Below, piece after piece: positions 35,604 through 47,510 of a DNA stretch of 64,000 nt (positions are counted from its first letter, which is position 1; the number at the start of each line of letters is the position of its first letter). The notes beneath the pieces are model-generated. The model saw nothing but the letters and a program-made list of their open reading frames with translations. It was not told the origin of the DNA and ran no database searches. The stretch comes from an uncultured Gammaproteobacteria bacterium. GTDB lineage: Bacteria > Pseudomonadota > Gammaproteobacteria > Pseudomonadales > Pseudohongiellaceae. The stretch lies in contig CAILUG010000020.1 of assembly GCA_903837345.1 (NCBI GenBank), forward strand, positions 19,992-83,991. Direction: 5' to 3'. Both the position numbers and the translations under genes were made by a program.

Positions 35604-36620
35604 ATGAACACTGCAGCGTTATCCCACCGTTTCTGCGTTGCCCCGATGATGGATTGGACCGATCGTCATTGCCGCCATTTCATGCGCCTGTGCAGCAGCA
35701 AAGCCCTGCTCTACACCGAAATGGTCACCACTGGCGCCATCCTGCATGGCGATGCACATCGCCATTTGCGTTTCGATCCTTTTGAACAACCGCTGGCCCT
35801 GCAGCTGGGCGGCAGCAACCCTGCCGAATTGGCAGCCTCTGCCTTGATCGCCGAAGCTTTGGGCTATCAGGAAATCAACCTGAATGTCGGCTGCCCCAGC
35901 GATCGCGTGCAAAACAACATGATTGGTGCCTGTCTGATGGCGCATGCACCGCTGGTGGCTGATTGTGTGGCTGCGATGCAGGCAAAAGTGAAAATTCCGG
36001 TAACAGTCAAATGCCGCATCGGCATAGACCACCTCGACAGCGACCAGGCCCTGGCTGCATTTATCCATGAAATAGCCACTCGCAGCGCTTGCCGCACTTT
36101 CATCATTCATGCGCGCATTGCAATTCTGCAAGGCCTGAGCCCGAAGCAGAACCGGGAAGTTCCGCCACTCAACTACCCGCGTGTCTACTGGATAAAACAG
36201 CAGTTTCCGCAACTTGAAATCGTGATAAATGGCGGCATTTGCAGTCTCGATGAAGCCACCTTGCATTTGCAGCAGGTGGACGGTGTGATGCTGGGGCGTG
36301 AGGCTTACCATAATCCCTGGCTATTGCATGATGTTGATGAACGTCTGTTCGGTTGCGCTGCCAGCTCTGCCACCCGCGCCTCAACATTACAAGACTATTA
36401 CGATTACATTGAGCAACAATTGGCTGAGGGCGTGCCGCTGCACCACATGACACGCCACCTGCTGGGACTGTTTCATGGCCAGTACGGTGGCAAGGTGTTC
36501 CGGCGTCATTTGAGCGATCTGGTGCACAAGCCGGGTGCCGGACTGGAAGTGCTGGAGGCAGCGCTGGCCAGTGTCACTTCCCGGTCAATCAGGCCGGCCG
36601 CTGACACCGTTTCGTCCTGA
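35604..36620 (+). CDS. dusA: tRNA-dihydrouridine(20/20a) synthase
   Basis: FCVAPMMDWTDRHCRHF at the N-terminus, EINLNVGCPS (catalytic Cys) and a TIM-barrel FMN pattern. Confidence 0.9.
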   Translation: MNTAALSHRFCVAPMMDWTDRHCRHFMRLCSSKALLYTEMVTTGAILHGDAHRHLRFDPFEQPLALQLGGSNPAELAASALIAEALGYQEINLNVGCPSDRVQNNMIGACLMAHAPLVADCVAAMQAKVKIPVTVKCRIGIDHLDSDQALAAFIHEIATRSACRTFIIHARIAILQGLSPKQNREVPPLNYPRVYWIKQQFPQLEIVINGGICSLDEATLHLQQVDGVMLGREAYHNPWLLHDVDERLFGCAASSATRASTLQDYYDYIEQQLAEGVPLHHMTRHLLGLFHGQYGGKVFRRHLSDLVHKPGAGLEVLEAALASVTSRSIRPAADTVSS

Positions 36621-36673
36621 TTGATTGTCCTGATTGATTGTCCTGGTTGAATGTACAGACTGAAGGAAACGAC

Positions 36674-37147
36674 ATGTTGCAAACCGTCAAACAGTTCTTT
36701 GACTGTTTTCTGAATCCCGCCGTTGCAGATGACGGCAAGGTACAGCACCACAAGCTGCAACTCGCTTGTGCAGCGCTATTGTTTGAACTGACCGCTGCCG
36801 ACCAGCACAGCAGCCCGGAAGAACTGACGCTATTGCGCAGCATGCTGGGCGATACCTTCCAGCTTGATGAACAAGCATTGGAGCAATTGTGGGAACTGGC
36901 GCAGCGGGAAGCGAAATCGGCCACTTCACTTTACCAGTTCACCAGCCTCATCAATGCCGGATTCGACTATCCGCAAAAAACCGCACTGCTGGAACAGCTT
37001 TGGAAGCTGGCCTTTGCCGACAACCGGCTGGACAGCCACGAAGAGCACCTGATCCGCAAGATTGCCGACCTGTTGTATTTGTCACACGGGGATTTCATTC
37101 GTGCCAAACTGGCTGCCAAAGCCACCAATGGCGTCCGGCAAGTCTAG
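36674..37147 (+). CDS. TerB-like (tellurite-resistance TerB family) protein
   Basis: About 157 aa, helical, with the paired acidic motif pattern (AADQHSSPEE ... FADNRLDSHEEHLIRKIA). Assigned from memory of the family pattern. Confidence 0.6.
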   Translation: MLQTVKQFFDCFLNPAVADDGKVQHHKLQLACAALLFELTAADQHSSPEELTLLRSMLGDTFQLDEQALEQLWELAQREAKSATSLYQFTSLINAGFDYPQKTALLEQLWKLAFADNRLDSHEEHLIRKIADLLYLSHGDFIRAKLAAKATNGVRQV

Positions 37148-37629
37148 TTCTGCTGTTTGAGAGCCGAGACCAGATCCTGGAATTCCAGACGGTTGGCCTC
37201 ACTCATCGCCATCAGCGTCAAATGGGCATCAATGACCTTGTCGCGCACAGTGGCTTCTGATTCGGTACGCAAGCGCAATTCACTGAATTGCATCTGCTGC
37301 CCGGGAATGGCGGAGACAATGCTGCAGATTGAATCAAAGCTCATGCTGCGCAGGATCCTGGTGATGTCGGCATTGGGTGAAACAATGGTTGGCATGACAT
37401 TGAAGCGGTTGCGCAGCTGGATCGCCATCTTGGCGAGCATGCCGAGCGCGGTACTGTCGATGCTTTTGGTTTCGGTCATGTCCACCACCATCGCATCCAG
37501 AATGCCGCGGCGGTAAAGATTGTTGCAATAGTTGTCGAGTGTGGAGCTCATCACCACACGCACTTCGCCGACAAACTTCAGCATGGCCATGTTGCGGTAT
37601 TCGGCCGCCAGTATCTTGCCTGCACTCAT
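37144..37629 (-). CDS. STAS-domain anti-sigma-factor antagonist-like protein (RssC-like)
   Basis: 161 aa. The motif DMTETKSIDSTALGML carries the conserved phosphorylatable Ser/Thr position (DST). It overlaps the upstream REC-PP2C gene by 4 nt. Confidence 0.75.
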   Translation of the reverse strand: MSAGKILAAEYRNMAMLKFVGEVRVVMSSTLDNYCNNLYRRGILDAMVVDMTETKSIDSTALGMLAKMAIQLRNRFNVMPTIVSPNADITRILRSMSFDSICSIVSAIPGQQMQFSELRLRTESEATVRDKVIDAHLTLMAMSEANRLEFQDLVSALKQQN

Positions 37630-38825
37630 GTTCGCGTCACACTCATGATGGCAATGTCATCAGGGACTTGCATGGTCTTGGGCGGCGACAACGCTGCCTT
37701 GACGTCTTCAAACCTGCCTTTGGTATACTGCACCACCTGTCGCAAATGCTCTTCCTTGTTGGCATAGTCGCCGTTCTTCAAAACCTCAAGTATGCCATCG
37801 GAAAACAGCACGAGTGCGAAATCATCCGTCAGTGGCAACTGCTGGTTGAAATAGCTGGCTCCATCAAACAGGCCGATCGGAAACGAACTGCGTTCCAGCG
37901 GAATCATCGCGGCCACCCCGTTCTGGTACAGAATCGGCAACGGATGATGGCCTGCCACGCTGTATTCCAGCGTGTTGGTATTATCGTTCAGAATGCCCAT
38001 GAACACCGTGACATGCTTATCAAGTCCGGACTTGATCAGGTCGCGGTTGAGCACTTCCAGCAAATGGGCCGGGGTGAATTCGCCTTCAAACCGGCCACGC
38101 AGGTTGTCGAGCCGCATTTGCTCGATGCGGAACCGCAGCAATACGGTAATGAATGCTGAGGAAGAGCCGTGGCCGGACACATCGGCAATATAGAACAGTG
38201 TTTCATGCCGGGATGCCGATTTGTAATCGACAGTATCCCCGCTCAGATACAGCGAAGGCACCACCTTGTGATTGAAATGGAACGGCCCGATATCCTTGGG
38301 CGGTATCGGCATCATGTTGATCTGCACATGGCGACCGGCCTGCTGGTCCTGCTGGAATATCTGGACACGCTCTTCCAGTTCGGCATTTATCTGTTCCAGC
38401 TTTTTGCGGATACGGATGTTTTCGCCGATCAGCCGCGCCTTGCGCAGACTGTTGTTGATCGAATGTTCGAGTATCGCCGTGCTTTCCAGCGGCAGCATCA
38501 GATAGTCGCTGACACCCAGTCGCAGGGCTCGCAGCAGGTCATCGGTATTGCTGCGCTCGGCCAGCACGATGATGGGAAGGTCTGACGCCACTTCCAGCAA
38601 TTGCTGGATGGTGGCGAACTTGCTTGCATCCGGTATGTCGATATTGATGATGACCAGATCCGGGCAGGCAGAATGGAAGCGCTCCAACCCTTCGTTCGCA
38701 TCGCGGGCCAGCACTACGTGTTGCTGCATGTTGCCCAACGCTGCGGTGATGGTGGCAATTACATTGTCATCATCATCGATTACGAGGACGCTTAACTCTT
38801 TGGGGGCGGAAATTGCCGGATTCAT
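37626..38825 (-). CDS. Response-regulator receiver fused to a PP2C/SpoIIE-type phosphatase (RssB-like)
   Basis: The REC domain (VLVIDDDD ... DLVIINIDIP ... ALRLGVSDYLMLP) closely parallels E. coli RssB (ALRLGVEDVLLKP). The PP2C metal-binding motifs are present (ADVSGHGSSSA, LFSDGILE, DDIAIMSV). Confidence 0.8.
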   Translation of the reverse strand: MNPAISAPKELSVLVIDDDDNVIATITAALGNMQQHVVLARDANEGLERFHSACPDLVIINIDIPDASKFATIQQLLEVASDLPIIVLAERSNTDDLLRALRLGVSDYLMLPLESTAILEHSINNSLRKARLIGENIRIRKKLEQINAELEERVQIFQQDQQAGRHVQINMMPIPPKDIGPFHFNHKVVPSLYLSGDTVDYKSASRHETLFYIADVSGHGSSSAFITVLLRFRIEQMRLDNLRGRFEGEFTPAHLLEVLNRDLIKSGLDKHVTVFMGILNDNTNTLEYSVAGHHPLPILYQNGVAAMIPLERSSFPIGLFDGASYFNQQLPLTDDFALVLFSDGILEVLKNGDYANKEEHLRQVVQYTKGRFEDVKAALSPPKTMQVPDDIAIMSVTRT

Positions 38826-38940
38826 GGGACTGGCTAAGGGCCTGGCTTGCGGTCTTGAACTGCCAAATACTGGGATAATTCTACCGAAGAAACCTTACTC
38901 TAGTCAGAATGTTACTGCAAGATTTAACGGCTGGCAGTCA

Positions 38941-42852
<3,912 letters not shown>

Positions 42853-42855
42853 AAT

Positions 42856-42960
42856 GCGCCTGCGGCGGTCGAAGCCACTGCACACGAACTGCGGCCATTA
42901 CATACAAGCAGGCTTGGTGCCCGTTCATAGACAGACGGCCGGGGTGCTAACCCCGGCCGT
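42856..42960 (+). repeat. Copy 2 of the two-copy structured element (partner at 8413-8522)
   Basis: See copy 1. The conserved 38-nt block starts 3 nt from the hrpA ATG. The perfect 10-bp hairpin ACGGCCGGGG-tgctaa-CCCCGGCCGT lies at 42935-42960. Confidence 0.6.
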
Positions 42961-42995
42961 TGGATAGCTGATCATTGTTGCAGAAATGTACTTAT

Positions 42996-43550
42996 CTAGA
43001 TTGGCTGCTCGCGGTGATAGGCTTCATTGTTGGGACTATGGTCGCCTGCCAGCCAGCGCTTCAGTTCGGAGTGGGCTTTGGGCAATACTTCCGCATTGAT
43101 CTTGTCGACCTGCGGAGGATCTGTGCAAAATTCTATGATCATGCCGTCAGGATCGATCACATACAGTGAATTGCAGTAGCCGTGTTCGAGGATGTAATAC
43201 TTGTCTTTCGGATAATTGGCGGCCTGCACGCGGGCAAGCAACGCCAGCTGATGGGGCTTGTCCACTTTCACTGCAATGTGGCGGAAACCGGAGAGCGGCA
43301 GTTCCGGCCCGAACTGTTTCTGGTCTTCTGCATCTGCAAACTGGAAGAATGCCAGTGCACTGCCGTCTTTCAATCCGAAGAAGCAATGGCAATAGATCCT
43401 TTCCTTGCCAAACAAATCAGTCTTTTCACACCAGGTGGCCATCAGTGGCATGCCCATCATGTCTTCGTAGAATTGACGGGTTACTTCCAGGTTTTTCACC
43501 ACGTAGGCAGTGTGGTGCAGGCGCATCGGTAATTTCTGTTGGGCGTTCAT
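42996..43550 (-). CDS. VOC-family (glyoxalase/bleomycin-resistance/extradiol-dioxygenase fold) protein
   Basis: 184 aa. LHHTAYVVKNLEVTRQFY and HIAVKVD are typical VOC beta-alpha-beta-beta-beta modules with metal-ligand His/Glu positions. Confidence 0.7.
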   Translation of the reverse strand: MNAQQKLPMRLHHTAYVVKNLEVTRQFYEDMMGMPLMATWCEKTDLFGKERIYCHCFFGLKDGSALAFFQFADAEDQKQFGPELPLSGFRHIAVKVDKPHQLALLARVQAANYPKDKYYILEHGYCNSLYVIDPDGMIIEFCTDPPQVDKINAEVLPKAHSELKRWLAGDHSPNNEAYHREQPI

Positions 43551-43648
43551 GCTTGACTCCTCATTTTCAAAATTGCGTTGCTGACCCTGTCATAAACCCT
43601 GCAACCAGATCAGCGCTGTCGTCATGCTAAAAGTTTGCCATGCTCAGT

Positions 43649-45271
43649 TCAACCGTAAAGTGCCTTGCGCGAGGCCGGGAACGGATTGTTCACCACCGCC
43701 GGCTTGGCATTCATGAACATGGTGGCACGTGTGGCATCATCATAAGCAGGCCAATTCGGCAAACCGGCATGGTTGGGGTTGCCAGTGCGGGCAAAATTGG
43801 CAAATGCCGTGCTCATCCTGGTAGCCAGTTCATAGCGATCCTGGCCGGCGCCGGTCATCGACGCACATACATCGACATTGTCGAAAGCAAACGGGATATC
43901 GCAGCAGTGGTAGGCCCGCAGCTTGCCGTTCCGCGCGGTCGATTGCCAATTGAAATAATACATGTAGGCCGGGGCACCTTTCAGCGCAGCCTTGCGTGCC
44001 GCCGTCGTCAACACAGCGCTGCGGAAACTGTCTGAACCGATAATCTGGTTGAATTCCTCGTTGCTGCGCTCTCCGAACTCTTTCCTGTAGGTTGCCAGCA
44101 GGCTGGCCACACCGGCAGCATCACGATGAGTGCTCTCCATCAACAGTTTTTCCAGTGTTGCCGCATCCATCGGATCCACGGGAGTACCGGCAAAGAAATT
44201 CACTTCATGCTCAGTTGACCCCATCAGCAGCGGCACATCCCTGGAAACTGCCGGCGCATCGGGCGTAAAAGGATCACGCTTGAGATTCTTGCCATCGACT
44301 ACCGGACCCACGTTGAGGCCAGGGATCGCGTTGAAGGCGTTCAGCAACTGCTCCATCGGCAGTTCACGCAATTTGCCCACCTGGTTTTTCTGCAAACCCG
44401 ATTGCTTGAGGAAACGTTCTGCCTGGGCAGTGGCCTGTTCCGGCTTGATGCCGGTCAGCGCCGCGCTGCTCATCGCGATGGCGCGATGGAACAAGCCCTT
44501 GGCCCCTTCCATGGCCATCAAATTGCAAACTTTGCCGCCGCCTCCGGACTGTCCGAAGATGGTGACATTGCCGGCATCGCCGCCAAATGCTGCGGCGTTG
44601 TCGCGCACCCATTGCAGTACCGCAATGATGTCGAGCATGCCGGCATTCCCGGAATCCGCATACTGCTCGCCACCAAGACCTGCCAGATAAAGATGACCGA
44701 AAACGTTGAGGCGATGGTTGACTGTCACTACCACCACGTTCTGGTTCACCGACAGCCGCGAGCCGTCATAGAGCAGCCAGCCGCCGGAACCACTGGTATA
44801 GCCACCACCGTGCAGCCACACCATCACCGGACGCTTGCCCTGGTCGATGGCCGGGGTCCACACATTGATGCCCAGACAGTCCTCTCCCATCGTCTCAGCC
44901 CGATCCAGTGCGAATACTTCGGGAATGAACGGCCCGCCTAGCGGCTGCGGGCTGCGATGACCAATCTGGACAGCATCCTTCACCCCTTGCCACGGTTTTG
45001 CTGCCGCCGGCGCGGCAAAGCGCAAGGCTCCCACAGCCGGTTCGGCATAGGGCACACCGAAAAACGCACTGGAACCACCTTGCAACACCCCTCTCAACCT
45101 GCCACCAGTCGTTTTCACTTCGGCAGTCGGTTTGGCATTACGAATATCCTGGGCCCAGGCCGGGAGCATCAGGCTGCCCCCCAGCACCAGCGAGGAAGAC
45201 AGCGCGGTTTTGAGCACGCTGCGGCGGCTGTAGCCAGCTGCCTTGCTGACGGTTTTTTTTGATTTTTGCAT
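43649..45271 (-). CDS. Tat-exported type-B carboxylesterase/lipase family protein
   Basis: Twin-arginine signal SRRSVLKTALSSSLVLGG...PAWA. COesterase hallmarks: FGVPYAEP, VWLHGGGY and nucleophile elbow FGQSGGG. Confidence 0.8.
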   Translation of the reverse strand: MQKSKKTVSKAAGYSRRSVLKTALSSSLVLGGSLMLPAWAQDIRNAKPTAEVKTTGGRLRGVLQGGSSAFFGVPYAEPAVGALRFAAPAAAKPWQGVKDAVQIGHRSPQPLGGPFIPEVFALDRAETMGEDCLGINVWTPAIDQGKRPVMVWLHGGGYTSGSGGWLLYDGSRLSVNQNVVVVTVNHRLNVFGHLYLAGLGGEQYADSGNAGMLDIIAVLQWVRDNAAAFGGDAGNVTIFGQSGGGGKVCNLMAMEGAKGLFHRAIAMSSAALTGIKPEQATAQAERFLKQSGLQKNQVGKLRELPMEQLLNAFNAIPGLNVGPVVDGKNLKRDPFTPDAPAVSRDVPLLMGSTEHEVNFFAGTPVDPMDAATLEKLLMESTHRDAAGVASLLATYRKEFGERSNEEFNQIIGSDSFRSAVLTTAARKAALKGAPAYMYYFNWQSTARNGKLRAYHCCDIPFAFDNVDVCASMTGAGQDRYELATRMSTAFANFARTGNPNHAGLPNWPAYDDATRATMFMNAKPAVVNNPFPASRKALYG

Positions 45272-45435
45272 GTGACTGGCTCCCCTCTACTATGTTGTGG
45301 CCCGATGATAATCCAACTACCGCCAGTGCAGAACACGCGTCGGACCATCCTGCAGGCGTCAACCTGGCATAGATGGCGCCAAATGGCCCGGTTTCGTGAT
45401 ATAAGGCCGCCCGCGTTTTGCCGGATGTTTGTCCC

Positions 45436-46146
45436 ATGCCCAACAAACCCTTTGTTTTTCTGCTGCCCGGCATGTTGTGTGATGCTGAAGTGTGGCGTGA
45501 GCAGATTGCGGTTTTGCAGTCGAATCATGAATTGTGCATCCCGGTTTTCCGTGGCTTTGATTCCTTTGAAGCCATGGCACAGCACGTGCTCTCGCTTGCC
45601 CCCGGGCGTTTCTCGGTAGTTGCCCACTCCATGGGGGGCCGGGTTGCCATGGAGCTGATACGGCTGGCTCCTGACCGTATCGATCATTTTATTGTGATGG
45701 ACATGGGCGTGCATCCGGTTACCCCCCAGGAAACCGCGCGCAACCGGCAACTGCTGGAACTGGCTGCCGAAGGTGGCCTGCAGGCGGTAGCCGAGAGCTG
45801 GATTCCCTTCATGATCCACCCTGACCGCCATCATGATGAAGCATTGAAACAGTCTATACGCTCAATGGTGTTGCGCAACGACATCAATGATCTGTGCGGA
45901 CAATTGCAGGCTGCACAGGATCGGGCTGACCAGTCACAGTATTTGCCACACATCACTCACAGGGTCGGCATCATCTGCGGCGACAGTGACAACTGGAATC
46001 CGCCTGAGCTGCATAAAGGCATGCATGAAGCACTGGTCAATTCACAACTGGCCATCATCCCTGCTTGCGGCCACATGGCGCCGATGGAACAACCGGCTGC
46101 AGTAAACCAGCTGTTATTGCAGTGGCTGCAACAAGACAAGGTCTGA
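45436..46146 (+). CDS. Alpha/beta hydrolase, cytoplasmic
   Basis: Nucleophile elbow AHSMGG and a C-terminal GHMAPMEQP (catalytic His region). No signal peptide. Confidence 0.75.
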   Translation: MPNKPFVFLLPGMLCDAEVWREQIAVLQSNHELCIPVFRGFDSFEAMAQHVLSLAPGRFSVVAHSMGGRVAMELIRLAPDRIDHFIVMDMGVHPVTPQETARNRQLLELAAEGGLQAVAESWIPFMIHPDRHHDEALKQSIRSMVLRNDINDLCGQLQAAQDRADQSQYLPHITHRVGIICGDSDNWNPPELHKGMHEALVNSQLAIIPACGHMAPMEQPAAVNQLLLQWLQQDKV

Positions 46147-46201
46147 ACCGGTGGCTGCATTAATTAAACTTGCACAAGCACCATGCTTGAACAGTTCAAA
46201 C

Positions 46202-46993
46202 TCAGGGGACGATGTTGCTGCTGCGGTCGACCGAACTACTGCCGGTACCCACCATCAATTCGACAGCGTAATTGGCCTGCTGGCAAACGTACTCAAACAA
46301 TTCTTCGCCCTGGTTCCAGCGCAGCTTGAAACCGCCATCAAAGGTTTTGGTGTAAGCACCCGGGTCATCAATGGTGATGCGGTAATCAACAGTATTCTTG
46401 TCAGTGCGATTGAAGCGTTCAATGGTGTGCAACATGCTGGTATGCGGCATGCCGCGGCGATCCATCCAGAATTCTTCGTTGTAACCTGCAGTATCCACCA
46501 CCAGCGTGTTGCCCTCCCAGTGGCCAACTGAATGACCGTAGTTGGTCGGCTGCCAGTCAGCAGGATGGGCACGCCCATCCATGTAAATGGTACGGAAGGT
46601 ATGTGGACCACCGATATCAAAAATATAAATCTGTTTCAGGTCCGTCATTTCCAGGAATTCCACTCCGTAGGGAGTCAGGAACTCCCTGGCTGCGCCGGAA
46701 GCCTTGCAACGGGTATGCGGCTCCAGCTCCTTGGTCTGGCGATAGTCAAACACTGCCTTGGACCAGGGCTGGAACGGGATGGAGGCATAAGGTGTGATTG
46801 GTTCCAGGATGCCGAACACCGGGGTCCATACGCCTTTGTCTGCAGCATTGGCTCCGCCCAGCACAACGCGTCCTTGTGCGTTGACAGGCGCCGGCCCGGC
46901 AGGCGGTGCCTGTCGGCCCGGCGGTTGTGCAACCACGGTGCTGGCAATGGCTAATGCAAGCACAGCAATTGTTGCATGTAACGGTTTCATCAT
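46202..46993 (-). CDS. Secreted protein of unknown function (domain X; paralog of the C-terminal two-thirds of the 47511-48623 product)
   Basis: Signal peptide MMKPLHATIAVLALAIASTVVA-QP and SD GAGG 6 nt upstream. It shares motifs with the neighbouring fusion protein: QPW, HxxC, IYMDGR, GxWxGxxLVVxTxGxNExFWM, PHTS, ERF, IDDxGAYT and a C-terminal Cys. Confidence 0.7.
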   Translation of the reverse strand: MMKPLHATIAVLALAIASTVVAQPPGRQAPPAGPAPVNAQGRVVLGGANAADKGVWTPVFGILEPITPYASIPFQPWSKAVFDYRQTKELEPHTRCKASGAAREFLTPYGVEFLEMTDLKQIYIFDIGGPHTFRTIYMDGRAHPADWQPTNYGHSVGHWEGNTLVVDTAGYNEEFWMDRRGMPHTSMLHTIERFNRTDKNTVDYRITIDDPGAYTKTFDGGFKLRWNQGEELFEYVCQQANYAVELMVGTGSSSVDRSSNIVP

Positions 46994-47042
46994 GGTTGGC
47001 CTCAACTGCTTCTTGCCCGGTTTGGAACTGATTTGTACCTGT

Positions 47043-47483
47043 TTACTGCTTTTCTTTGCCGCGCTCTTCCAGCTGGCTGGAACCGGCATCAAGCGTCTGG
47101 CCCGGCTGCCCACCGGTGGCCGACAGCGTTACGCTTTTGGCATTTACCCGGGTCGTGCCATTGCGGGCCAGGAAACCGTCTACAGTGATCTTGGTACCCA
47201 GCGCCAGCGACTCACGACGCCAGCCACGACGCTGCAGCAAATGTGGCGGGCCCAGTTCGGCGCCCCAGGTGGCATTCTGGCCGGTGGCAGGATCCTTCAC
47301 ATTCAGGTAGATCCAGACATGGGGGTTGGTCCACTCGACTTTGGTAACGATGCCTTCAAGTTTGATGGTTTTGTCTGCATCAAACTCGGCAGCAAACGAG
47401 TGGTGGGCTGAAGCAGTGCCGGTCATGGACAATCCAAGAGCGGTTACCAGCAGGCCTGCGATGATTTTTGACTTCATGGACAT
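47043..47483 (-). CDS. Small secreted DUF6152-like protein
   Basis: Signal peptide ending TASA. The mature protein starts HHSFAAEFD...GIVTKVEWTNPHVWIYLNV, a pattern I recall for the uncharacterised DUF6152 family. The start is at 47483 or 47477 (GAGGAGA upstream). Confidence 0.7.
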   Translation of the reverse strand: MSMKSKIIAGLLVTALGLSMTGTASAHHSFAAEFDADKTIKLEGIVTKVEWTNPHVWIYLNVKDPATGQNATWGAELGPPHLLQRRGWRRESLALGTKITVDGFLARNGTTRVNAKSVTLSATGGQPGQTLDAGSSQLEERGKEKQ

Positions 47484-47510
47484 TCTCCTCGACTAGTGAT
47501 GCTTGATGGC

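Noticed and set aside
37144-37147. Convergent TerB-like and STAS genes share overlapping stop codons (CTAG). In the same way, the 55536 gene and ccoP stops are 1 nt apart (56510/56512).
   Set aside because: This is real, but it is a trivial consequence of compact convergent genes. No hairpin or other element is present, so there is nothing further to interpret from sequence alone.
42853-42885. Upstream in-frame ATG extensions of hrpA (MCSGFDRRRRI...). Similar cases are clpS (27511-27546), gltA (7043-7123), mnmA, hflD, ccoO, the ADH and others in the ORF track.
   Set aside because: The extensions lack family similarity and overlap upstream genes or regulatory sequence. Internal starts give canonical N-termini, signal peptides or SD sequences.
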